This document shows, one piece after another, positions 38,086-50,500 of a DNA stretch of 64,000 nt. The stretch is from Paecilomyces variotii (taxonomy: Eukaryota): assembly GCA_004022145.1 (NCBI GenBank), contig RCNU01000007.1; one strand, written 5' to 3'. A program made the position numbers and the translations under genes. Below the pieces are notes generated by a model. The model made no database searches. It was not told the origin of the DNA and saw only the letters and a list, made by a program, of their open reading frames with translations. Positions within the stretch are counted from its first letter, which is position 1; every line of letters begins with the position of its first letter.

Positions 38086-39547
38086 ATGGCTGTCAAGACA
38101 TTTTCCACAATGCGCAAGGCATTGTTTGGCCTGGTGCTTGGAGTGGTCCTCTTTTCTGTCCTGGCCGCTGCTGGTGTAACCCCCGCCCGTGCTGATGTTG
38201 CTGTCGGAGAGCTCTCCGTGGGACAGATCGAGGGGCAATTGCAGGTAGGCACTCTGGTCTCTAGACATTGTATATCCTTGATATAATAGTAACTGGTGCC
38301 CCATTAGGAATGTTCCTTTGTTCAGGCACTCAATGAGCACAAGCGTGCAACAAACCCAGAAACCGCAAGTCTGACATCGCGCATCTTTGCTGTTCTCTTC
38401 CCTGGTAGCCCTGCGGTTAATTCGATCCTGGCGACTCTCTATATTTCTGGACCACCTAGTGCGTACAATATGGCCGGCTAAATGCTATCTGCCTGACCGT
38501 TGCGTTGACTGTTGTCAGATTTCCTTCTTGCACTATGTCCGCCTAATATCGACCCCTCATCCCTCTCCGTTATGGTAGCATTCGCAGTCGGTGGACTCTT
38601 GGGTGACACTCTTTTCCACCTGCTTCCGGAGATCTTCCTGGGAGAAGATTCCCCAGATCACGTGCGGTTCGTGATGGTCGAGCCTAACAAGAACCTGCTT
38701 CTTGGCTTGGCCATAATGGTGGGCTTCTTGACGTTTGTCGCTATGGACAAGTCACTGCGCATTGCTACTGGAGGGGACGGTGGTCACGACCATGGCCACG
38801 CCCATGCGCATCAATCCACGGTGGAAGATAGTGCTGTGACAACTAGCTCGAAGTCCAACAAGGACAACAGTGGCAGCGAGCTGAAGCAGCGGAAGTCCAA
38901 GACAGAAGCCGGCGCGCCTAAACACGAAGAGCATGAGGAGAAAGAGATCAGCCAGAGCGTCAAGCTTGGTGGCTACCTGAATCTGATTGCTGACTTCACC
39001 CACAACATCACTGATGGCTTGGCACTATCATCTTCTTTCTATGCATCCCCGACCATAGGTGCCACAACCACCGTCGCTGTTTTCTTCCATGAGATTCCTC
39101 ATGAAGTGGGAGATTTCGCCTTGCTCATCCAATCCGGCTTCTCGAAGCGTAAGGCTATGGGAGCGCAGTTCGTCACCGCTGTAGGGGCGTTCCTCGGAAC
39201 ATGTATCGGTATTGCCGTGCAGGAGTTCGGCGGAGGGAACTCATCGGACGCGTCTGCGGCGACATCTGCTACCGGTCTTCTCGGAACCAGTCTGACATGG
39301 GGTGATATGCTTCTACCGTTTACTGCCGGAACGTTCCTTTATGTGGGCACTGTGGCTGTTATCCCGGAGCTCCTCGAAACCGGCAAGGACAAAGGCGCCG
39401 AGCTTCGCAAGACAGCTACTCAATTTTTGGCCATGGCGGTCGGCGCTGGAATCATGCTAGGGTAAGTTTATTCGACAGGGACCTTGTTTAAGCCGTGAGT
39501 TCAATTGCAACTTTGCTGACAACAATCACAGAATTTCTTGGGATTAA
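38086..39547 (+). CDS. YKE4: ZIP (LIV-1/ZIP7-type) zinc transporter, YKE4-like
   Basis: Introns 38245-38307, 38459-38518, 39462-39531. FAVGGLLGDTLFHLLPE, His-rich loop HDHGHAHAH, NLIADFTHNITDG, FFHEIPHEVGDF. Confidence 0.9.
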
Positions 39548-40467
39548 TCTAAGAACAAGTCATCTATCTGACATGCAGCGCTCAATCGCTCGACCATGTT
39601 ACATCCAACTAATGCAACCCATCGAAGGATAGTCCCTGCATCATCCGCAAGAATATAACTTCGTGTACTATAACCCCTGTTTATAAACATAGACAAGGTC
39701 ATCAATCTAGAAGTAGCACAAGGCCAATCGAGAAACAGACGTGGCACGATGCAATCTACAAGGGTCAAGTCAGCTTGATTTATAATCACATCATGCTTAT
39801 CGTAACATGGCGATTGGAGTGGCACGGCATATGAAAGACAATAAACCTAATGTATAACCAGATTCTACGATATCATGGCTACCTATAACGTGACAGTAGG
39901 ATAATGTAACCCGCGGGAATTAGGACTTGGAATATTCTTACGTCTACCACTATGCAGCATGTATGTAATAAGCAGTAAATGAACCGCGATAACGACGTAG
40001 GTTGCCTAATAACAGGCAAGGTATCCTCGTAACCAGACGAGCAAGTAGCTCAGAACAGTACCGTCGAACATACCGCGGCACAACACCGTGGGACGTAGTA
40101 CAGTAGAATACGCCATTTAGTCTCATTTCGAAAGATTTAGCTTTATCCTTTTCAGGATCATATACATCATGAAACTGTCAATATAAAGTAATTTGGAAAA
40201 TGAATACACAGTTGAACTTATATATATCTATGTATGAGCCTGAGGCTGTTTTCACGAACGACATTGCTAACTTGCTATTTGAAACAACAATGCATGTTAT
40301 ATCATTGTTTCCATATGTTGCGAGTAATAAGAAACGTTTTTCGAATGCCAAAATAATGAACAGGCAAAGAACAGTACAACCTCGTAAAAGAGACATATAA
40401 GACCATGCACACATGCATTTAGTAAACAATGATGGCACAAGAAAATGCAACCGATCTCACAACAATC

Positions 40468-41842
40468 TTACTCCCTAATCCAATCGAATAGTCGATATGC
40501 TAGAGCACGAGAGGGATATTCAACCAATCTATAGAACAGCTCTGCGATGGGAACGACAGCTGCTAGACAGACTATGAAGACTGTGAACACAGAACCTTCC
40601 GAGGGCCAGTGTTTCTCCTGGTTCAGGTGGACGAAAAGTTTGATTCCCGCAGTGTATATAATGATGCTTTGGACTAGGAGCCAGCCTGTCGTAGATTGAG
40701 GTTAGCCTAGGCTGAAATAAAAGAGTGAATATGTTATGGAGTAACTCACTAAGCGACCTGCTTCCAAGGTAGACGAGAACTGAATTCCTCAATAGCCGCT
40801 GGAGGAAGTCATAGGTCTCCACGGCGAAGAAGATGGCTACCAGGATTAGGTAAATGTCATCTCTGGCCTGAGGCTGGGCCGGATCATATTTGTTATTCAA
40901 ACCGCCAGTGTAGTAGAGACCTGCATGTGCAATGATCTCTGAATCTACATCCTGTGGTTTCCATCCAGTCCAGATGAATTGCATTATCAAGCCAGCCGCC
41001 ATGAGTGCCGAGTATAGGATCCACGACGGAAAATAGATGTTTCTGGATCTCCAGATGGGTATTCCCCTTCGTGCCTTTTCCTTAAAGTTCATGTTGAACA
41101 CCATGTCGGCGAGAATCAGGCCGGTCACGGTAAACCATGCCCATGACTGAACCCACCAAGCGGTGATAATGAACAGGACGGAGCCCTTAACACGCCATGA
41201 GTTCCTCGTGTAAGGAATGATGAGCATCGCCATATAAACCGTGTAACTCTGCATGTAGATCACATTCACAACCCAGAGTAGTTGCGAAGGGAAGGCATAA
41301 CTGCCAGCAGATGTTGCAAAGTTCTGCGTAATCCAGAACATGTTGAAGACAGAATTGAAATACACGAGTGTATTTGGCATGTAATAGGGCGTGTCGAAGG
41401 ATACATTTCCGGTGAGGGACTTGTAATTGTCAATGTATGCCGTTCCCATTTTCCAGAACATGAGCTTCACGACGGCCAGGGAGACGGCCACAGGAAACCA
41501 GAGACGAAGCCCACGTCGGAAGACAGAGCCTGCGATTCCGGACTTGTCTGGGTTCTTGAGAAAGGGTAGACATATTGTCCTAGCAGATACAAGGATGAAG
41601 AAAGAATAGATGAGGTTGTCATTCCAAAAGAGAACGGAAAGGGTCTTTTTCAAGTAGATCTGATAAGCTGGCCCATAGATGTTGGCGGTTCCTTTGACAG
41701 CCCCTGGGACGAGTGTCTGCAGAAAGACCCAAAGAAAAGATTCTATAACAAATACTCCTCTGAGTCCATAGAGGTAAGAACTCTCCTTGTCGGGGACAGC
41801 TGGGTATCGAGGGCGGACAATTTCATGCAGTAGTACCTTCAT
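40468..41842 (-). CDS. acyltransferase-3 (OafA/IcaC-like) polytopic membrane protein
   Basis: Exons 41842-40750 and 40685-40468 (intron GTGAGT..GCTAAC..CAG). YLYGLRG, FFILVS, FRRGLRLWFP, LWVVNVIY, YLGSRSLSWLLVQ, FYRLVEYPS. Confidence 0.85.
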
Positions 41843-44131
41843 CTTGCCGATTGCCCTGACAGTTCGCTGTTAGGTCGTCGAAAGTACCTCAGAGGGGAGC
41901 TTTCTTTATCACAACAGTTTGTCCATGTCGCATATACTTTCCCATCCATTACACTTCAATGAGGTATAGCACTTCTACTGAGCCCCAGCAAGGTCTAGAC
42001 TATCAGCTGTTTCTTCGGCAATTGTTTACTCCACTGTCCCTCAATCCCGGATTCACGGAGCTGACCACCCGCCTTCTGCTGCTCGCAGGGCTGGATTACC
42101 GGACATTTGAACTAAGACATGTCCAATCGATAGGCTGAACATGCACTGCTCAAACTATACGACACGGACTGACAGTAGGAAACCCATATACAAGCCACAT
42201 AAATGCCGTAGGAATGGAACGAAGCTGCACCCCCTCTCACTCACCGGTAGTACCTTCTGGCCGTTGAGGCCCTTGGCCAGCATATCCATGTCCAGATGGC
42301 GTCCCTCGTATTCAGCACGCCACTAAAGATGGCCGATGTGGCAGATGCAATTGCTAACTCGTCCTGACAATGCTAATACTGATCTAATTGTAGCACTTTG
42401 TCGGGATCGAGACGAGAATCCGGCTGTCGCTCGCTAAATCAACATCGGGCCGTCGTTGGACTTTGTTCTCTATACCCATTACCAGTGTTTGACAACATTT
42501 TCACGAGCCCAGAGCAGGACCGCGAGAAGACTAACCTGCTCTTGCTCAAAATAGGGACATTGAGCCAGTCTGATTATCTAGAAAGCTCTCCGGCGCTTTT
42601 AACAATATGCATACTTATCTTTCGGGTTTCACTGATGGGATTCCATCCAGAATGTGTCCGAGACTAAAGTCTAGGGGCCTCCCAATCGGGCTGAATGGCT
42701 CAACTGGGATGAGTTGGCACTATGGCAGTTACCATCCCCAGTCAAGATAGATAGCCTATTGTCCGTTTAGAGTCCAGAAGAGCTGACATATTCATGCCTC
42801 CTCGGAAAGCTGAAGAGGCTGGAACACGCCAACCTGTAGGGTCCCCGCCGGTCACGAACGCCGAGTCTCGGACCGACTGCACAACGATGCTCATTTCACT
42901 ACTATGCCAGCTCAGTTGGCGCATCATAGTGCGATTTGCCGATAAGGCTAGGATGGCTGATTCGGACAGAATTGCCGTGGCTTGCATGCAGGGCGGCGGA
43001 TGCCTCAGGTAGCGCCGGAAGACAACAAACTACTGCGCGGACACGCCGCGCTAGGTACGGAGTAGATTGTGTTGATTGATTCAGCCTAGTTTTCTAATCG
43101 AGAGTTCGTTTCGAATTAGGTCCGCGGGATGCCATGTGGTCGAGACATCTGGTCTCTGTGGTTGGGCCCTTGCTGTCCATATTAGAACGTGATGATTGTC
43201 TGCTTATTCTCACTAATATAGCGCTCCGCCATCCTCCCAACGTGGAATCTAGCCTTCATATACCTAGGCATTAGGTCCCTAGGCCGAGACCATAAGTATG
43301 TCCTTAAGCGAGGCGGAGAGCCCGTTACCCGACAGTACGGAAGAAGGTCCATGCTGTCAGACTCTGCCGGAACGGAGTCGAGAACGAAAAAGCAACATGA
43401 GACTTGGGATCGGTGGATCGGTGTGAACGAGCTCGCTCTCTTCACCGCTGCCAGGTGTCAGCAGAAGAGCCTCATTTCGCTTCTTGCTACCGGATCTGTA
43501 CAAGAAGGACTTGGCCTCAATGTTTTCTGGATGACTCCGTGTCCGGTCCTGAATGTCAGATGTGATAAAAGCCTCGTATAAGAAAATACGCTAACGTCGT
43601 CCCCCTGGAAGGTTCCAAGCAGATGGGAAATGACAATCGTAAAGCTTGGGTCGTCACTCTCGGGCCTATCCGGGCCACATGGCCCACGGTTCATGAGGAA
43701 TTATAGTTCCTGGTCAGCTCGAGGTTGATCGCGGCTGATCGTCAATATCATAGTCTGTGCTTCTTAATTCCTGCCTTTTAGCCGAGATGATGGCGTAGTA
43801 ACTTGGCCTTCAGCTTTCTTGACTAGGTCCATGGCGTAGAGTAGTGTACTAGAGTCGATTTCTACGGGGATGTCCGAAGATTAACCCCGCTTCGAGGGAA
43901 GCAACAACGGAGATGATGATCAAGTAGTCTATCTAGATAGGTACGCTAACGCACACTGCAACTTGCAGAATAGGCTTTTTAGCAGTTCTCAACGGCAGGT
44001 TCTAGCCCAACCAAAACGCTCTTCGTGGCAATGGATAGCGTCTTGATCGGTTACATGAACATGACGCTAATGTCTTGCAAAGTAGTCTCTAAATTGAACA
44101 GTTCAATATCGTACGAGGGGTCGTGTCATAA

Positions 44132-44179
44132 AGTTCTATCATTTGTATGGAATATAGTTCTATCAACTGTATGGAATGT
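44132..44179 (+). repeat. 24-nt imperfect tandem duplication just 3' of the GT2 stop
   Basis: agttctatcatttgtatggaatat / agttctatcaactgtatggaatgt. Confidence 0.8.
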
Positions 44180-44219
44180 AATGATACCGTCTCTTCGGCT
44201 AAAGTGTCTGCGCAGGCCT

Positions 44220-45791
44220 TCACCCACGAGCAGTCGTGTTCCAGGAAGTATATTTGCTAACCTGTCGGGCGTGGCCGTAAAGACCAACGACTGCGGTTAC
44301 GACCAGGTAGATGGGGTAAAGGATCGAGAACATGATGATCATCGGCAAGGAGATGAACTCGGATTTTGCTCGATCTGTGATCCACAGGGTTGCCACAAGA
44401 CAGATAGCACTGAAAAGGAGAGCACGTCAGCATCCGCGGATTACAACAGTCAATAACGGAAATCTTCCATACCTGACAATAAACAGCCACTGGGATATCG
44501 GGTACTGGAAATATATCAAGCGTGCAAATGCTATCGGGTTCTTCGGGAAATGAAGGATGATGACGCTGAGAACAAGGCAGCAGTACTGCGTCACAAGGTA
44601 GTAGCTCATCTCTCGAATAAGCAGGAGTGATAAAAGCCCAAAGCGCATCTTCTTGTTCCGGCTGCCCTGAGTGGGCTTGTTGAACGTCAAGATGACATGT
44701 CGCATACTGGCCGCGGCCCATCCCTGGGCCCAGCGAAGGCGCTGATTCCAGAGCGCCAGCCAGGTAACAGGAGCAAGCTCATAGGAAACCACGTTCAAGT
44801 CGTGCTCGATATGTGCACCACGAGCGAGCGAGCGTAGGCTAGAATCGATGTCTTCAGTCAACATCTTGTCGTCCATCCTCACTTCTCGAAGGAACGGCGA
44901 CCTCCAATATCCGTTTGAACCGGTAAAGAGAGCAAACCCCCACAGAGCAGAGCGACCAGGGTGAGAAACCGCATAGATCTTGTCAAATTCCACTGATATC
45001 ATTCCTGTCATGAAAGACACAGCAGCATTGAAAACCACGCATCGTCCCTGAACGATATCAATCTTCGGATTCGACATGAAGCGTTCAATCGCCCACCGTG
45101 GTCCGTAAGGATGGGTGTAATGATCACAGTCGAATATGGCAATGACATCGGACCCGGTGTCCAGGGTGAGGAAATAGTTGAGATTGTGCGCCTTAGACGT
45201 GGAGTTCGGCACCTGCACGATACGAAGGTTTGAATGCTCTCTTGAAAGCTCTCGTAGCTCCGTTTCCAAAGGCTCTATGGGGGTAGGGGTGTTGTACACC
45301 ACATTGATCGTGATCTTGTCTTTTGGGTAGATGATCTTTTCCAATGCATAGTGCACGCGGTCAAGAATGATATCCTTCTCGTTTGGGAGATATGCCACGA
45401 TTATCAAGTCCAATTTCAGCAGTTGGTCGTCTGGAGTGGGAAACACCCATCCGTTGGCTTCAACTTTCATTCGGGCTTTTCTCGCATCTCTCGCAGGGCC
45501 CATACACATGAAGGCCTCAACGAAAGAGTTGCCCGCGATGTAGAAGTTGGTTGTGAGACATATAAACCAGAAGATCTCGATGAGTTTTGTGCTGCAGACC
45601 ATGTATATGCAGGTCGAGAAGAAGAAATAAGATGCAACTAGAAGAAATGGCGTCCAATCTTGAATGAAGTCTGCTACCTTCTTTAATGCGGCTTGTAGAG
45701 AAGAGAATCGCGGTCGAGTGCCCCTCAGGTCAATCTCAGAACAGGCCATCGGCCTGGCCGTAACAGTAAGAGTGGACTTTTCAGGAGCCAT
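44220..45791 (-). CDS. processive glycosyltransferase family 2 (cellulose-synthase-like beta-glycan synthase)
   Basis: ATG 45791, intron 44472-44410. Two N-terminal TMs, AYLPNE, SKAHNLN, IFDCDH (DxD), VQG, GSNG, LTEDID, QRLRWAQG (QxxRW), C-terminal TMs and a WNTTAR tail. Confidence 0.93.
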
Positions 45792-47570
45792 GGCAAGAAA
45801 GACAGTCAATTGGATGTGTGAGAAAGAAATTGCACAATTGACAAGTAGATGAAGGAATCGTCCTGATTATGTCCTGGTGATGATGATACCAGTCTAGTTT
45901 TCCGAGATTAGAAGGCAGTCAACATGCTGAACGGGGCCCAGACCTTCAGATGCAAAAAATATAGTCTTTCATGATGATGGCATCACACATCGCTTTGCGA
46001 CTAACCATCCATTGGTTGGACTTCACCGGGGAGGATAGTATTATGGCTCGGCTGTATAGTCCCGTAAGACAGTTGCTGACAGCTACATTAGGGCCAGGGT
46101 TCAGAAAGTCTCAGGGGAGAGATACACAGTCTGTACAGCGCCTTGTAGATGTGCACCGCCGCCATTGGACACAGTTGGGATGGGTCCGCATCAATCTCCC
46201 AAGTCACCAACACGAGAGCGAATCTGGTGTTCAGAAGTGTTGAGCCACGCCAATTTTAGTGCCAGGCTGGACTTACACTGTACAGATGTGTAGCGAGGAT
46301 ATCGTATCTTCACTTAGCTTTTTCTTTGGCGTCTCCGATCCTGGGCTTTTTCTGACAAGCCACTGGGCTGGGACGCCACCCCGTAAACAGAGCGCCCAAC
46401 GAGCGCCGGTCCGTAAATTAGCACGCAAATAGAGTCTGGACTTTAGTCTTCTAAGCACTGCATACTAAAACATAAGCTATTCATAGTGTCTTTACCATGT
46501 GTTGTCGTGTTGGAGGCATGATCGCTGCGCATGGAGTGTCTACCTTATTGTTTGCATCGGACAAACCTCTAGTCAGCTCGGGTTGATCAGTTCGCGCTAG
46601 ACATGGCGCACTAAGGATCGTATCTACTTCCTTCCAAGCGAGATTCCAAGACCTCTGTCTGAAAGGTGCATCTGTAGCGATTCCTGAACGAGGAAATAGT
46701 GCGGTCATGAAATGAAGTCACCTTGATCATGGATCGGCTTAGGCTAGAGTATGATAGAGCACCTTGAGTATAGAGCTTGAAGTATTCGACATTTCCTTTC
46801 AAGTCGTTCACAAAGTCTATTTGGGTTATCTATCCATGTCATAATCGCCCAGTAAATTGGTCTCGGCACATGGGTAGCGTTCATTTCTCGATGATCTGAA
46901 ATGGAGATCCAAGAACCTCCCACGTTATGGCTTTTGGTACGAACCAATTTCGCATTGCCATACTAACAGTGGGCCCATACTTGAGGAACAAGCCATTTTC
47001 CTTTGGAGTTAGAAAACGCTACATGCAGGTTCGCATCACGCCCGGCGAACGCCGTTCCGGTCATTGGTGACAATCCATATTACCCAGCCTAGCGGTGTAA
47101 GAAGCAGCCACCCGGACTACAACCTGCATAATCAGCCCTAGGAAACGAGCAAGAGAGCTATTGATGAAACAAACCCTATCAATGCCTTGGAACATGTCTG
47201 TGAAAAAGAATTGCCGTGACTATACCTGTCGAGATGGCCGGGTTGAACGGAGTGCCCGAGGACATAGCGCTCAAATAGATCATGCTACCAGGTGGATACA
47301 GTCCAGGATGTGGAGATAGAGACGTTCGAACCCAAGAGAAAGCTGAACTGAGTATTAGGCGTTAAGTGTCGCAGCTAGTCATGGTCTAGAACTATACGGC
47401 CAGGGCTGGCTATTGTATCTCAACTTGTATGCCTTCTCTCCACTGGTGTCGGCTAATTTGAGCTTTTCTGCTCTCCCCATCTTTGCCTCTGGATGGGACT
47501 CTATACAGGAATCTCTGAGCATTATCTCTAGCTTATATTAGAGATATAGGTCCTTCATAGGTCCTATCTG

Positions 47571-50500
47571 ATGACTTGTTTCGGGATACTGAGGGCCCCT
47601 TTCTCTCCACGTTGCTCCATGATGAAGTTTAGATTCCCCATCCCACTACTTCTGTCCTTATATCTTTTACCTTCTGCGGTCATTGGTAAAGACAGTGATG
47701 TTTTGATCTCAGGGACAAACAACACAGACTGTTCCTGTGGTTACTACGATGAATCGACAAAAAACCTCTTTACAGACTCGATCATTGTATATTTCAATGA
47801 AACTTCTTCATTGGACTTGACCGGCTTCGCTGGACAGACATACAAGAACCCTTACGAGAAAGGATGGAACGATCAATATCGTCAAGGGGCCGACCTCTCC
47901 CATTTGCAGATAGTCAATGACTCCTCCTCGCCAGAATTTCCGCAATCGCTAGCAATCAACATCTCCAAACCGACCGCCGACCATCTCGTTATGGGTGGCT
48001 CCATACAGACGTTGAGACATGACATTCACTACGGAACGTTCAGGACGTTCCTCAAGTCCCCTCGTCAGTGGACAGGCGGAAGTGCAATTTCGATGGAGCT
48101 TCTCTATAATGAGACCGAAACCTTCAGTCTGAACCTGTTGAGCACCGAAGAACCGTCAACTGCTCGAATCACGATGTTGATGAACCGCGAGTTCCCAGAT
48201 AATATCTACGGTGTCAACTACACCACTCTGACAAACAAATCCACCTCCCCGTGGGAGTTCATGGAGTATCGAGTGGATTGGACGAAGGACTGGCTCAACT
48301 ATACTCTTGGCGATAAGGTCTGGCGCTCTGCATCGAGGAGGGAAATCAAAGGATTGCCTAGTGTTCCCGGGCCATTACATATCAAGCATTGGTCAACCGG
48401 AGACTTCTTCTCGATGCAGGGGCCCCCATGGGCAGAGACGACTGCAAATGTAGGCTGGGTTCGACTATTCTTCAATACGACCTCGATGAGTGACTATGCA
48501 CGCAAGGCGTTCGACACCACATGTCGGGTTGATGCCGCGTGCAGAGTCGACGACATGAAACTTCGCGGTTATACATCTTACGCCCAAAACGCAACGACGA
48601 AATGGAAGCAGAATCCCCCTTCCGCCGGCCAACGCATCCCGGCAATTGTCATCTCTGTCTTGTCCGGAGCCCTCAGCTTCTTTCTATTACTGAATGCATT
48701 CTTAAGAAGACAGCCATGGGCGTTGCTGAGACCCGAGAAACGCTACGGAGCTCCGTTCATAAGAAGCTTGTTTCCTGCGGGCACGACGTCCTCCACAGAA
48801 ATGATCACTCTGCCCACTCCACCTCCAATAGAGGGCATTTCTGGACTGGCGACGCCATCAGGAAATGTGTCTGGTGTTGCTACGCCTTTAGGGCAGCCTC
48901 CTGCGATGCCTTCAGACTGGGTGAATGACGATATATCAACTCTGAGGATGTCATTGGCTCCTAGCAAAGCTTTCAGTGAACTAGAAATTCAACCGGTAGT
49001 CGGTATTTCTCCTTTGAGAACCTCGTTCACTCCTAGCAAAAGCTCTACGGGATGGGAAATTCAGCCAGTTACAGACGACACATCAACTCTGAGATTTTCT
49101 TCCACTCCAAGCAAAGGCTTTAACGAGTTGGAAATAGGGTCGGTAGCGGAGACCTCCATGAAGGCCTCGAAGGAAGAGAACACGACAATAACTGAACTGA
49201 AAGATGTTACAGCCCAGCGTGATCCGGCTCCTAATGCAGATGGTACCGCCGCTGCTGCACCTGCTGCGAAGAAGCGCGTCGACTATCTCGCCGGGCTGGT
49301 AGCAATAAGTTCTCTCCTAGTCACACAGATTCATTTCGGACTTACCTTCATCCCTGCTGCAATAAACCCTGGAGCATATCTGCATTACGAGAGTGAGATC
49401 TGGGCTAGAAAGACTGTTACCCCGTACCTGCTGAATCTCATCTGGATCGGACCGTTCCTCATGACCTCCAGTCGGTTCCTGGCAGCCAACTATCTCAAAA
49501 ACGGTAACCTGAGGTCATTGGCAGAGAAAACAGTTGGACGGACTCCGCGCCTGATCATCCCTATAACCGCTATTGCCCTCATCGAGTATTTCTTCATGGA
49601 TGCAGGCGCAACAAAATGGCTAATGTACCTTCCCTCCATTACATGGTCCACCTGGCCCTTCGCTGTTGGCTATACGAACTTCGGCACCTTCATTAGCGAG
49701 GTGATCGAACTGATGTTCCTGATTCCGAATGCAGCCCCTCAGATCACATTCAACTATTGTACGGGTGTGTTGTGGACGATTCCCGTGCAGCTCCAAGGCT
49801 CATGGCAAGTAATGCTCGGGGTCATTGTTATCCGTGAGATTAAAACCCCATGGAAGCGGTTCGGATACTATGCCTTCTGCATCGTCAACAACTGGTACGC
49901 TCTATCCTGGGGGTCCTACTTCTGGCTCGGCCTAATGATGGCCGATCTGGACATCACGTATAAATGGAGAAAATGGCTGTACGCACGCCCTTTCGTCTAC
50001 TATCCCTTAATCCTCTTCTGTGCCGCACTTGGCTTCGGCGGCCTATCACTCGATTTGGCCACACAATGGACAGAGGTCAACTATGCCACCTATGAATACG
50101 ACATCCATCCAGACCCAGCCACTGGCCGACCGATTGCACAAACCTCCGGTGCAGGATACCCACAATACTACGTGCCCAAACTACACGGATTAGTCTTCTC
50201 GCTCGGTTTCCAAGCACTCGTTGAACTGAGCCCCTTGGTCCAAAAGATGCTCTCGTTCAAGTTATTCGTGCTCATCTTCCCGCACATCTTCACCATCTAC
50301 CTCATCCACGGCTTCGTGTACTGGAGTCTTGGCGCGACTATTTGCGTACAACTCTCTGCACTCGGACTCCCTTACTGGGCCAATATTCTGATCGTAGCCG
50401 TGTGCTGCTACTCTGTCATACTTCTGTCTCTTCCACTTCTAACCCCCGTCGTGGAGACGCTAGGCAAGAACATGACGGCGGATATATGGCGATTCGCACA

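Noticed and set aside
41843-44131. Short ORFs between the AT3 and GT2 genes as additional cluster members
   Set aside because: All are under 100 aa except the antisense ORF over the GT2 3' end. None has recognisable motifs or a coherent splice model. The region is likely promoter or UTR.
47321-47335. GTTCGAACCC B-box-like motif in the GT2/fusion promoter
   Set aside because: There is no surrounding cloverleaf or A-box, and a single short match is expected by chance.
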